A stretch of 46,467 nucleotides of DNA from NCBI GenBank assembly GCA_964610305.1, contig CAZSVL010000007.1:7742-54208 (forward strand), read 5' to 3'. Origin of the DNA: an uncultured Gammaproteobacteria bacterium. Its GTDB lineage: Bacteria > Patescibacteriota > Patescibacteriia > Magasanikbacterales > JBBTXJ01. Positions within the stretch are counted from its first letter, which is position 1, and the number at the start of each line of letters is the position of its first letter. Shown here in pieces: positions 19,312 through 28,453 of the stretch. The notes below the pieces were generated by a model. It did not search any database, was not told the origin of the DNA, and saw only the letters and a program-made list of their open reading frames with translations. Made by a program: the position numbers and the translations under genes.

Positions 19312-20654
19312 AAGTAAGATCCTACAATCAAGCGCTGGATGTATTGCTGTCGCTGAGCAATATTTCTACGCAACAATACATGAAAGACTCTCGTGGATGT
19401 GAGGTGTATCTTAAGCGTCTGCAATGGTTGCTTGATGAGCTTGGAAATCCAGAGAAAGGGCTCCGATACATCCATATTGCTGGCACAAGCGGCAAGGGAT
19501 CTACCGCCATAATGCTCCACGAGATCCTACGTAGCGCAGGATATAAAGTGGGAACGTACACATCTCCTTATGTGAGTAGTTTTATTGAGCGAGCCCGAGT
19601 GAACACAAAATGTGTTCATCCAGATGACGTAGTAGAGGCTACCAATGTGGTGCTGCCTGCTGTGGAGCGCGCCATGGCGTATAGCCCCCATGGCATGCCG
19701 TCATATTTTGAAATTGTTTTTGCCATGATGCTGTGGCATTTTGCACGGCAAAAATGCGATTTTGTTATTTTAGAAGCGGGATGCGGTGGGAAATACGATG
19801 CTACCAACGTAATTCCTCCTCCGCTTCTGGCTATTGTCACCACTGTTGGGCTGGATCACACAGAGCTTCTTGGAAAAACAAAAAGAGTAATTGCAGCTAG
19901 AAAAGGCGGAATATTTAAGCCCGGTAGTACAGCCATTATCGGGGAACCCGATCAAGCCATAAAAAACGTACTCGTTAAAAAGGCAAAAGAAGCCAATGTA
20001 AAGAAGATTATAAGGTGTCCTAAAGTTTCAAAAGTGACTGTCAGCACGTCCGGCACATCCTTTTCTTATCAAAAAAAGTCCTGGAAAATAAAACTCGTTG
20101 GATCGCATCAGGCTGAAAATGCACGCATTGCCATCGAAGCAGCGCGCGCTCTGCGCATTCCATACGGCACTATTGCCACAGGATTAAAAAGAGCAGCTCT
20201 CCCAGGGAGATTTGAAATAGTAAGCAATAATCCAACGGTCATTTTAGATGGCGCGCATAATCATGACAAAGTTGACGCACTTGTGGGAACCTTAGACAAA
20301 CTGTACGCAGGAAAAAACTGGAATGTGCTTGTTGCAGCCGGTGCAAATGAGCGAAAGGCTGACATGTTTGACAGGCTTTTTGCCAGAAGCTCTCGCATTG
20401 CAACAACACGCTTTACCACAAGACACCGCACAGCCGCAAATCCAGGGAAACTAGCAGAGCGAGCCATAGAGATAAAACCAGAAGCCGAAACCGGCATTTT
20501 TGCCTATCCAACAGATGGCTTGAGGTGGATTTTAAAAACGGCAGAGCCAGATGATATTGTGGTGATCACCGGCTCGCTTTACCTCATTGGAGACGTAAGA
20601 AAAAAATGGCACCCACTCTCTAAAATTCTAGAAAAACGAACGCCTTTTGTTTGA
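19308..20654 (+). CDS. folC: folylpolyglutamate synthase/dihydrofolate synthase family (Mur-ligase fold)
   Basis: HIAGTSGKGS, YTSPY, EAGCGGKYDATNV, DH, PGRFE, LDGAHN, TGSLYLIG. Confidence 0.9.
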   Translation: MKVRSYNQALDVLLSLSNISTQQYMKDSRGCEVYLKRLQWLLDELGNPEKGLRYIHIAGTSGKGSTAIMLHEILRSAGYKVGTYTSPYVSSFIERARVNTKCVHPDDVVEATNVVLPAVERAMAYSPHGMPSYFEIVFAMMLWHFARQKCDFVILEAGCGGKYDATNVIPPPLLAIVTTVGLDHTELLGKTKRVIAARKGGIFKPGSTAIIGEPDQAIKNVLVKKAKEANVKKIIRCPKVSKVTVSTSGTSFSYQKKSWKIKLVGSHQAENARIAIEAARALRIPYGTIATGLKRAALPGRFEIVSNNPTVILDGAHNHDKVDALVGTLDKLYAGKNWNVLVAAGANERKADMFDRLFARSSRIATTRFTTRHRTAANPGKLAERAIEIKPEAETGIFAYPTDGLRWILKTAEPDDIVVITGSLYLIGDVRKKWHPLSKILEKRTPFV

Positions 20655-20679
20655 CACAATAACAATCCTTGAGTATGCT
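20651..20679 (+). promoter_or_regulatory. sigma70-type promoter of topA
   Basis: TTGACA-17 nt-TATGCT. Confidence 0.7.
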
Positions 20680-20724
20680 TGGAGTCAATAAAAAGTAACC
20701 GGCGCCGGGTCGCACACTGCGAAA

Positions 20725-20752
20725 TTGTTACTTGCTACTTGTTACTTGCTAC
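20725..20752 (+). repeat. heptamer tandem repeat (TTGYTAC)x4
   Basis: TTGTTAC TTGCTAC TTGTTAC TTGCTAC just upstream of the topA ATG. Confidence 0.75.
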
Positions 20753-20758
20753 TTTTCT

Positions 20759-23026
20759 ATGTCTACTTTGATCATCGTTGAGAGCCCCACAAAGGCAAAG
20801 ACCATAACCAAATTTCTTGGCAAGGGGTATACCGTTACCTCTTCTTTTGGTCATGTAAGAGATTTGCCGAAATCCAAGATGGGCATAGACATAGAAGGCG
20901 GCACTTTTGAGCCAGATTATGTAGTAGCAGAAGAAAAAGAAAAAACGGTCAAAGATCTAAAGTCTAAGGCAAAAAAAGCAAAAGCCATTATATTTGCCAC
21001 TGATGATGACAGAGAAGGTGAGGCCATCTCTTGGCATCTTGCGCAGCTTCTAGACATTGACCCAAAAAAAGCAAAGCGAATTGTTTTTCATGAAATTACC
21101 AAGCATGCAGTGGAGCAGGCACTTGAGAAACCCCGCCACCTAGACATGAATTTGGTGCATGCCCAACAAGCGCGCCGTGTGCTGGACCGGCTTGTTGGTT
21201 ATGAACTCTCCCCTCTTTTGTGGAAAAAGGTTGCCAGAGGACTCTCAGCCGGAAGAGTACAATCCGCCGCTGTCCGTCTTATTGTAGAGCGCGAGCGCGA
21301 GCGAAAAGCCTTTAAAGAAGATGAATACTGGACACTGGAGGCTGATTTTTCAGAAGATAAAACTGATTTCATAGGAAAGCTGTCTGAGAAATCTGGGAAA
21401 AAACTAAAGAAACTGGATATCGGCGAGAAGAAAGAAATGGACAAGATACTCAAGGATCTCAAGGGCGCTGATTACAAAATTCTCAGCATTGAAAAAAAGC
21501 AACAAAAAAGAAATCCCCCGCCCCCTTTTAGAACCAGCACACTTCAACAAGCTGCGAACAACCAACTGGGAATGGGCTCACGCCAGAGCATGCGTATTGC
21601 GCAGCAACTGTATGAGGGAATAGATCTTAAAGGGCACGGACACGTTGGTCTGATTACCTATATGCGTACGGACTCTACCAACATGTCTCCTAAATTCCTT
21701 GGCGAGGCCAACGATTTTGTTAAATCTGAATATGGAGACAAATATACGCTAGACAAGCCACGAGTCTACAAATCTACGGCAAAAGGCGCGCAGGAGGCTC
21801 ACGAGGCAATAAGACCAACGGACGCCACGCTCACGCCAACACTTCTTCAAGACAAGCTAACGCCGCAACAATACAAGCTCTACAGCCTCATTTGGCGCAG
21901 AGCTCTTGCAACACAAATGGCTGCAGCTCAACTAGATGCAGAGGCTATTGATATTAAGGCAGACAAATACACCTTCAGAGCAACCGGACAGCTCATAAAT
22001 TTTGACGGATGGCTTAAGCTGTATCCAAAAAAAGTTAAAGAGAATGCTCTGCCCCAACTTAAGGAAGGCAAAAAGATAGACTGCAAGAAACTACGTCCAG
22101 AACAACACTTTACCGAGCCGCCAGCGCGCTATTCTGATGCAACACTCGTAAAAATATTAGAAGAACTCGGTATTGGTCGTCCGTCAACTTATGCGCCAAC
22201 CATTCACACGGTTGAAGCTCGCGGTTACGTAGAAAGAGATGACAACAAACGTCTCTATCCAACGGATATTGCCATGGTGGTAAATGACATGCTTGTTGAA
22301 CACTTTAAAGATGTGGTGGATTACGATTTTACCGCAGAAATGGAAGACAATTTAGACAAAGTTGAAGAAGGTGATAGAAAATGGGCACCGCTTATAAAAA
22401 AATTCTACGGACCTTTTCATAAACTTATTGTAGATAAAACTGAGCATCTTAAAAAAGAAGATGTGGTGCATGCCCGGGAAATTGGTATTGATCCTAAAAC
22501 AAAAAAACCAGTATCGGCGCGCGTCGGCCGCTTTGGCCCTTTTGTTCAATTAGGAACCAAAGATGATGAAGAAAAGCCACGTTTTGCTTCCCTTGAAAAA
22601 GGACAAAGCGTTGAAACCGTTACTCTTAAAGAAGCGCTTCACCTCCTAAGCCTCCCCCGCGTGCTGGGAAATGATGAAGATGGAAATGAAGTAATCTCAG
22701 ACATTGGCAGATTTGGCCCTTATGTTAAGGCAAACAATAAATATTACTCTCTTAAAGAAGATGATCCTTATAAAGTGGATCTAAAAACAGCACTCAAAAT
22801 AATTGCAGCTAAGAAAAAAGAGGAAGCCAATAAAATTATCCAAGATTTCAAAGAAGAAGGCATTCAGGTACTCAATGGACGCTATGGTCCATACATAACA
22901 GACGGCACAAAAAACGCAAAAATGCCAAAGGATGTAGACCCCAAGAAAATATCGATCAAGCAATGCAAAGAAGAGCTTGAAAAAGCGCCGGCAAAGGGAA
23001 AACGCAGATTTCCGCAAAAAAAATAA
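20759..23026 (+). CDS. topA: DNA topoisomerase I
   Basis: IVESPTKAK, DDDREGE, SAGRVQS, catalytic ITYMRTDS, C-terminal GRFGPY repeats. ATG 20759. Confidence 0.98.
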   Translation: MSTLIIVESPTKAKTITKFLGKGYTVTSSFGHVRDLPKSKMGIDIEGGTFEPDYVVAEEKEKTVKDLKSKAKKAKAIIFATDDDREGEAISWHLAQLLDIDPKKAKRIVFHEITKHAVEQALEKPRHLDMNLVHAQQARRVLDRLVGYELSPLLWKKVARGLSAGRVQSAAVRLIVERERERKAFKEDEYWTLEADFSEDKTDFIGKLSEKSGKKLKKLDIGEKKEMDKILKDLKGADYKILSIEKKQQKRNPPPPFRTSTLQQAANNQLGMGSRQSMRIAQQLYEGIDLKGHGHVGLITYMRTDSTNMSPKFLGEANDFVKSEYGDKYTLDKPRVYKSTAKGAQEAHEAIRPTDATLTPTLLQDKLTPQQYKLYSLIWRRALATQMAAAQLDAEAIDIKADKYTFRATGQLINFDGWLKLYPKKVKENALPQLKEGKKIDCKKLRPEQHFTEPPARYSDATLVKILEELGIGRPSTYAPTIHTVEARGYVERDDNKRLYPTDIAMVVNDMLVEHFKDVVDYDFTAEMEDNLDKVEEGDRKWAPLIKKFYGPFHKLIVDKTEHLKKEDVVHAREIGIDPKTKKPVSARVGRFGPFVQLGTKDDEEKPRFASLEKGQSVETVTLKEALHLLSLPRVLGNDEDGNEVISDIGRFGPYVKANNKYYSLKEDDPYKVDLKTALKIIAAKKKEEANKIIQDFKEEGIQVLNGRYGPYITDGTKNAKMPKDVDPKKISIKQCKEELEKAPAKGKRRFPQKK

Positions 23027-23068
23027 AACCCGCCACCCACGCAAGTGCGGGCTACGGGCATCAGGATT

Positions 23069-23236
23069 CTACGTTGCCAAATCGCCAAGCAGCTCTTGAA
23101 TTTCTACATGAGAGACGATTTCTCTTGCTCTAATTTTGGGCACACCATCTGTAGACGTCTGACCGTTTCCTGCCAACTGATCAGCGTGCTGCTTGTCGCA
23201 CTCCTGCTTTTTTTTCGACACACTACTGTCTTGCAT
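23069..23236 (-). CDS. small hypothetical protein (55 aa)
   Basis: SD AAGGAGGT before ATG 23236, TTGACA..TATATT promoter upstream, hairpin downstream. Confidence 0.55.
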   Translation of the reverse strand: MQDSSVSKKKQECDKQHADQLAGNGQTSTDGVPKIRAREIVSHVEIQELLGDLAT

Positions 23237-23284
23237 GACGCACCTCCTTGCCCAATATAGTAACACAAACAGGCTTGTCAAACA

Positions 23285-23488
23285 AAAAAATCGCACGTAT
23301 GCGATTTTTTAATGTGGTCCGGAAATGGTAACCCCAATGCCAATGGTGATATTTGGGCCCTTCCGGTACCACACCGTAGGGCCGAGGATTCTCAGAACCA
23401 CGGCGATAGTTTACCAGAAAGAAAAAATCCCCGCAAGCGAGGATCTTTTCTTTGGCTAAGGTTACGAATGTAACCCAAACATCACCAT
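23285..23488 (-). ncRNA. candidate ~200 nt structured small RNA
   Basis: Own promoter (TTGACA 23516-23521, 17 nt, TATATT 23493-23498), 16 bp closing helix 23473-23488/23343-23358, terminator at about 23285-23310. Confidence 0.55.
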
Positions 23489-23550
23489 AATCAATATAGC
23501 ACACCCTTAAGTGTTTGTCAAATATAAAAGGGGAGTAAATCCCCAGGCAA

Positions 23551-24072
23551 TTACAGTCCTCTATCAAAATGACGGCTTAGCTCTGTTGTTTCTCTTTTAT
23601 GCTCTTCTGAGACCGGTTCCCATGGCTGCCTAGGTGGCACATGCCTGCCCGTAGATTCCATGTAGTCACGCAAAGAAGTTACATCTACAATAGAGCCGTC
23701 CCCACATATCTGTAGACGTCCCTTGCTAATTGCGGAGCGAACACTCTTGGGCTGAATATCTAGGATACGTGCAGCTTCAGCTATTGAGATGCCACCCTCT
23801 CCATGCACCAGAAGATCATCAGCAGTTATAAACGGTATTCCGGGAAATGCCGGAAAACTTTTCGAATCTGGGTCAAACGGGAGGGACATGAGAACGCGTC
23901 CATTTTCAAGCACTTTCTTAATGTTTGGATCGTGTAAGGCGCTTTTAGACCACAGCTCGTAGGCCTCTTCTGTCTCAAACCAAATCCTAGTCACCACCCC
24001 ACTGATCTTCGGATCTTTAAAAACAATCTGACAATAAGCCCTTCTATCTGACACGGAAACCTCCTTGCTCAT
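23551..24072 (-). CDS. hypothetical protein with a C-terminal HTH_17/excisionase-like DNA-binding domain
   Basis: ISIAEAARILDIQPKSVRSAISKGRL...VDVTSL. Start at 24072 chosen because 24120 overlaps rel. Confidence 0.7.
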   Translation of the reverse strand: MSKEVSVSDRRAYCQIVFKDPKISGVVTRIWFETEEAYELWSKSALHDPNIKKVLENGRVLMSLPFDPDSKSFPAFPGIPFITADDLLVHGEGGISIAEAARILDIQPKSVRSAISKGRLQICGDGSIVDVTSLRDYMESTGRHVPPRQPWEPVSEEHKRETTELSRHFDRGL

Positions 24073-24106
24073 TTCAGTAAACCATGGCAAAAATCCCTTG
24101 TCAACC

Positions 24107-25594
24107 CTATGAACTCCCAATAGTCTTAAACCAATCTTTTATAGTAGATTTTGTATGCTGGCGTATCTGCGTCCGTGCATGGTTTGTTTTTACAAACTTA
24201 ATCCAATCTGGGCTAGGCCCTTTTCTATTTTTATCAGTTATAACCTCTACCACATCTCCGTTACGCAACGGCGTGTCTAAACTAGCCATCTGATCGTTTA
24301 CAATGGCGCCAGAGCACGTGTTCCCAATTTCTGTATGAACCGAATAGCCAAAATCTACCGGCGTGGCGTCCTCTGGCAAGTCCATCACATCTCCCTTTGG
24401 TGTAAACACAAAAATTCTATTCTTAAAATGATCAATTTTCATCAACTCAATATCTTTGATCTTCTTAAGAATATCCTCTTGTACTTTTGCCAGCTCTTGA
24501 ATCCACTGCACTTGCCTGTTTGGCATGCGCGATCCATGCTCATCATAATGCCAATGAGCAGCAATACCATATTCTGCCTCACCATGAATTTTTTTGGTTC
24601 TTATCTGAAACTCTACAATTTGACCATCATCGCAAAAAACCGTGGTGTGTAGAGACTGATACCCGTTTGGCTTGGGCTGCGCAATGTAGTCTTTAATACG
24701 ACCTTTAAGCGGCCGCCACAATTTATGAATCACACCAAGCACGGCGTAGCAATCAGGAATTTCTGGCACAATAATACGCATGGCCATGATATCGTATACC
24801 TTATTAATATCGTTATCTTTGCGTAATAGCTTTCTGTACAAACTATACAAATGTTTGCGCCGCCACTGAATATCATCAACATTAAGCTTTGCTTCTTTAA
24901 TTTCTTTTTCCGTTTTAGCGGAAATTTTGTCAAAATATTCCTCGCGTACTTTTGCTTTTTCCTGAACCAATTTATCTACGCGTGCATATTCTTTTGGATA
25001 TACGTATTTGAAGGCGGCATCTTCTAGCTGCCCCTTCATCTCATGAATACCCAACCGATTTGCAATAGGAGCAAAAATTTCTAACGATTCTAGTGCAACT
25101 CTGTATTGTTTATTTGGGGGAAGTGAGTCCAGCGTCTCCAAATTATGCAATCTATCAGCAAATTTAATGATAATAACGCGCACATCCTCTGCCATGGCTA
25201 CAAACATCTTACGCAAATTCTCTATATAGCGCTCAACGCCCCTATATTTAACTTTTCCAAGCTTGGTAATACCGTTTACCATGCTGGCTACGTCTTTTCC
25301 AAAGTGTTTTTCTATTTCTTCCAGTGTTACCTCTGTATCTTCTGGGACATCATGCAGTATTCCTGCCACTACAATGTTAGTATCCATTCCCATCTCTGCC
25401 AAACGCTGCGCTGTTGCTACGGGATGAATAATATAAGGCTCTCCGGATTTTCTTTTCTGACCACTATGGGCTTTTTGGGCAAAATCAAAAGCAAGACGGA
25501 TTAAATCAGTATCCGCCGTTGGGTTATGCTGTGTAGCCGTGTCAAGCAACGTCTTTAGTTGTTTCTCTAAATCTACTTTAATCTCTGTAGCCAT
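24107..25594 (-). CDS. rel: RelA/SpoT-family (p)ppGpp synthetase/hydrolase (HD-SYNTH-TGS, no ACT domain)
   Basis: RKSGEPYIIHP, LHDVPED, GYQSLHT, EFQIRT, VFTPKGD; only 495 aa. Confidence 0.93.
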   Translation of the reverse strand: MATEIKVDLEKQLKTLLDTATQHNPTADTDLIRLAFDFAQKAHSGQKRKSGEPYIIHPVATAQRLAEMGMDTNIVVAGILHDVPEDTEVTLEEIEKHFGKDVASMVNGITKLGKVKYRGVERYIENLRKMFVAMAEDVRVIIIKFADRLHNLETLDSLPPNKQYRVALESLEIFAPIANRLGIHEMKGQLEDAAFKYVYPKEYARVDKLVQEKAKVREEYFDKISAKTEKEIKEAKLNVDDIQWRRKHLYSLYRKLLRKDNDINKVYDIMAMRIIVPEIPDCYAVLGVIHKLWRPLKGRIKDYIAQPKPNGYQSLHTTVFCDDGQIVEFQIRTKKIHGEAEYGIAAHWHYDEHGSRMPNRQVQWIQELAKVQEDILKKIKDIELMKIDHFKNRIFVFTPKGDVMDLPEDATPVDFGYSVHTEIGNTCSGAIVNDQMASLDTPLRNGDVVEVITDKNRKGPSPDWIKFVKTNHARTQIRQHTKSTIKDWFKTIGSS

Positions 25595-25751
25595 GTGTCA
25601 TATTACTTGTTTACCATCACACCACAAAAAAAAGAAATGCGCAAGCACTTGACGTTCTATAATACTGATGCTATCGTTTATCTGGCTCAAGATTAAAGTG
25701 CTAGTTCAAGAGTGCGCGTGTGAGCTAGTCGGCATCATTGTGGTGTCGACT

Positions 25752-26609
25752 TTATGTTCCAAGCATCTTCTCAATAGCATCACGCAACTCCTGCTCAGAA
25801 CTAAAATCCATTATAATGCCGCCCTTTCCACCTCTGCACGTAACCCTCACGCGCGTACCAAAGAGCTCCTCAAGCTCTTTTTGTTTTTGCTCCAACACGG
25901 GATCCAGAGTAGTCCTTTTTTTCTTTTTTCTAGATGTGCGTGCTGTTTCCCGCTCCAAGGAGTCTGCATCCATGTCTTTTGCCTGCTCCCAGATTTCTCT
26001 TATTTTCTCCTCTGGCTCGTCTCCCAAAGATAGCGCAATAGCGCGCGCTTTTTTATAACTTAACTCTCTTTTTGCTACCGCATCCTGCATATCTGACGGC
26101 AATTTTAACAGACTCAAACAACTACTCACCACTGAAGGATGACACCCAACACGCTTTCCAATGGCCACACCTGTTAGCCCAAACTCATCTTTAAGCTGCT
26201 TGTAGGCCATGGCTTTTTCAATTGGGTTAAGATCCTCCCTCTGCACATTCTCTATAATAGCCAGCTCAAGCTGTTGCTGGTCATTTGCAGAGCGAACCAC
26301 GGCGGCAATTTCTGCAAGATCTAAAAGTTGAGAAGCTCTAAAACGCCGCTCTCCAGCAATAACAAAATACGTATTCTCATCTTTTGGCGTAACCACAATG
26401 GGCTGGAGCAATCCATGTGCTTTTATTGAATCAGCCAAATCCTGAAGCTCTTTCTTCGCAAAATTTCTTCTTGGCTGATACGGATTTGGCTCAATAGAGC
26501 TTATCGCAATCATAACAAGACCATCATCATTTTTAGATACCACCGGCATTCGCACGTCTGCGGTTGTTTTGTCCGGAATTAATGAAGAGAGTCCCCTACC
26601 TAGTGCCAT
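25752..26609 (-). CDS. parB: chromosome partitioning protein ParB
   Basis: LGRGL, NPYQPRR, IAGERRFRA, ENVQREDLNPIE. Confidence 0.96.
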   Translation of the reverse strand: MALGRGLSSLIPDKTTADVRMPVVSKNDDGLVMIAISSIEPNPYQPRRNFAKKELQDLADSIKAHGLLQPIVVTPKDENTYFVIAGERRFRASQLLDLAEIAAVVRSANDQQQLELAIIENVQREDLNPIEKAMAYKQLKDEFGLTGVAIGKRVGCHPSVVSSCLSLLKLPSDMQDAVAKRELSYKKARAIALSLGDEPEEKIREIWEQAKDMDADSLERETARTSRKKKKRTTLDPVLEQKQKELEELFGTRVRVTCRGGKGGIIMDFSSEQELRDAIEKMLGT

Positions 26610-26619
26610 ATATAAATAA

Positions 26620-27387
26620 TTAAGCGTTATGCATGGTTAATAATTCTCTGGCAAGCCGATCATACGCGCGCGCTCCCTTGCCATGTGGATCGTACGCTAA
26701 AATGCTCTGTCCGTAGCTGGGCGCCTCTGCCAAACGCACCGTCCGCGGAATAACGGATCTAAAAATACTACCAGGAAAATGCCGATACAACTCTTGCCAT
26801 ACCTCTGTTGAGAGTTTTGTGCGGGTATCAAACATAGTCAGCAGCGCACCATTAATCTTAAGCTCTGGCTTAATGTGCTCCTGAATAAGTTTGATGGTCT
26901 CCAGCAGCTGTCCCAAACCCTCTAGCGCGTAATACTCCGCTTGCACGGGAATCATAATTTCATCTGCCGCCACAAGGCCATTAATAGTTAAAAGCCCCAG
27001 AGACGGCGGAGAATCTATGATTACATAATCATAGGCGTGATGAACCTCTTGCAGCACGTCATACAATCTATGCTCACGTCTATTTTCATTCACGAGCTCA
27101 ATATTTGCGCCGGCCAAATCCTGCGTGGCGGGAATAAGACGCAGCCCATCATGTAAAGAATTACGAACCACCTCTCTCATTCTCTTGTTCCCCACAAGCG
27201 CTTCATAAAGACCGTGCTGCAAATCATCTTGCCTAAAGCCCATACCCGCCGTAGCGTTTGCCTGAGGATCCAAATCTACCAGTAACACAAAACGCCCGTG
27301 CTCAGCCAAAAAAGCAGCAAGGTTCACGGCTGTTGTAGTTTTTCCCACTCCTCCCTTTTGGTTGACAACCGAGATGATCTTTGCCAT
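26620..27387 (-). CDS. parA: chromosome partitioning ATPase ParA/Soj
   Basis: NQKGGVGKTT, DLDPQANAT, DSPPSLG, LAEAPSYG. Confidence 0.97.
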   Translation of the reverse strand: MAKIISVVNQKGGVGKTTTAVNLAAFLAEHGRFVLLVDLDPQANATAGMGFRQDDLQHGLYEALVGNKRMREVVRNSLHDGLRLIPATQDLAGANIELVNENRREHRLYDVLQEVHHAYDYVIIDSPPSLGLLTINGLVAADEIMIPVQAEYYALEGLGQLLETIKLIQEHIKPELKINGALLTMFDTRTKLSTEVWQELYRHFPGSIFRSVIPRTVRLAEAPSYGQSILAYDPHGKGARAYDRLARELLTMHNA

Positions 27388-27447
27388 AATATGGTGGCAT
27401 TATAGCATACGCAGTTGTCAGCTGTCAGCTATCGGCTTTAAGAAAAT

Positions 27448-27540
27448 GCCGCGGTGGCGGAATTGGTAGACGCGCTGGACTCACCATGAACCACAAGGGT
27501 TCATGGTGTCCTGCACCCTTGTGGTGCAGGACAAAATCCA
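27448..27540 (+). pseudogene. 5' half of tRNA-Leu with two hairpins inserted in the anticodon loop
   Basis: 27445-27483 is identical to 27787-27825 (39 nt). The hairpin insert follows, then CAAAATCCA resumes the tRNA sequence. Confidence 0.8.
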
Positions 27541-27545
27541 ATACT

Positions 27546-27788
27546 ATGCATTACGTGTATGTCTTAAAACTCAGCAACGGTCAATATTATGCAGGATCCA
27601 GTGGTGACCTCAGGCAAAGAATATTGCAACATAAAAACGGCAAAGTACAAAGCACTCGCCATCGCAGACCCATAACACTTGTCTTCTATGAAGCTTTCTT
27701 ATCAAAAGAGGACGCTTTGAGAAGAGAGAACTACTTCAAAACATCAAAAGGTAAAACAACTTTACGCATCATGTTGCGTAACACATAA
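27546..27788 (+). CDS. small GIY-YIG nuclease (UPF0213/SLX1-like)
   Basis: YVYVL..YYAG..DLRQRI.QH..G...T, YEAF..A..RE.YFK; 80 aa from ATG 27546. Confidence 0.9.
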   Translation: MHYVYVLKLSNGQYYAGSSGDLRQRILQHKNGKVQSTRHRRPITLVFYEAFLSKEDALRRENYFKTSKGKTTLRIMLRNT

Positions 27789-27789
27789 T

Positions 27790-27874
27790 GCCGCGGTGGC
27801 GGAATTGGTAGACGCGCTGGACTCAAAATCCAGTGAGGGTAAACTTCGTGAGAGTTCGAGTCTCTCCCGCGGCA
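27790..27874 (+). tRNA. tRNA-Leu(CAA)
   Basis: GCCGCGG/CCGCGGC acceptor, CTGGA-CTCAAAA-TCCAG anticodon arm, long variable arm, GTTCGAGTC. No encoded CCA. Confidence 0.95.
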
Positions 27875-27898
27875 CAAATGACAAACACAGGAGACAAC

Positions 27899-28396
27899 AT
27901 GGAGACTATAAGCGAGGGAACCGTAGGATCTCTTGCGGGTATTAGCGTTGGCATGGGACAAATCAGCATGGGTACATACACGCTACCAGATGGCACCGCT
28001 AAACAAGGATTGTCGGCAACTATAGCTCCTTTTGATTCAGAAAAAAATATTCCTGTAGGAGCCGGCAGCAAAGTGGTCGTGGGTGATGTTCTGTGGCATG
28101 TCGAGCAAATCATGAAAGTTGACGACACGCCTGGCCATATCCGCCTGAAGCCACTGCACGCGGTAAAACCGACAAACGGCAACACCGTAAGAGCAGAGGC
28201 ACTGGATATGACCTACAAAAAAGACTGCGTACGCTGTGGTCATGATGCCGGTTGGAGTGGTAAGATAGAAAAACACGGAAGAGACATTCATATGATTTAC
28301 TTTTGCACGCAATGTCAACTGGACTATTCCAGCATGGATGGGTCCCTTCAACGGCAGCTCAAAAAAAATCCTCCGGTTTTTAGACCAGGAGCATAA
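27899..28396 (+). CDS. hypothetical protein with a C-terminal CxxC...CxxC zinc ribbon
   Basis: AGGAG before ATG 27899; CVRC and CTQC. Confidence 0.7.
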   Translation: METISEGTVGSLAGISVGMGQISMGTYTLPDGTAKQGLSATIAPFDSEKNIPVGAGSKVVVGDVLWHVEQIMKVDDTPGHIRLKPLHAVKPTNGNTVRAEALDMTYKKDCVRCGHDAGWSGKIEKHGRDIHMIYFCTQCQLDYSSMDGSLQRQLKKNPPVFRPGA

Positions 28397-28453
28397 AATA
28401 ACAAGCTGGACGCCCTCCAGCTTTTTTGATAGGCTTTGCCCCAAGGAGGTGAT

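Noticed and set aside
27414-27437. Degenerate heptamer repeat GTTGTCA GCTGTCA GCTATCG
   Set aside because: Only about three imperfect units; treated as common low-complexity intergenic sequence.
27484-27825. Self-splicing tRNA intron carrying a homing endonuclease
   Set aside because: The downstream tRNA is complete on its own and the 5' half is duplicated. No group I core is visible.
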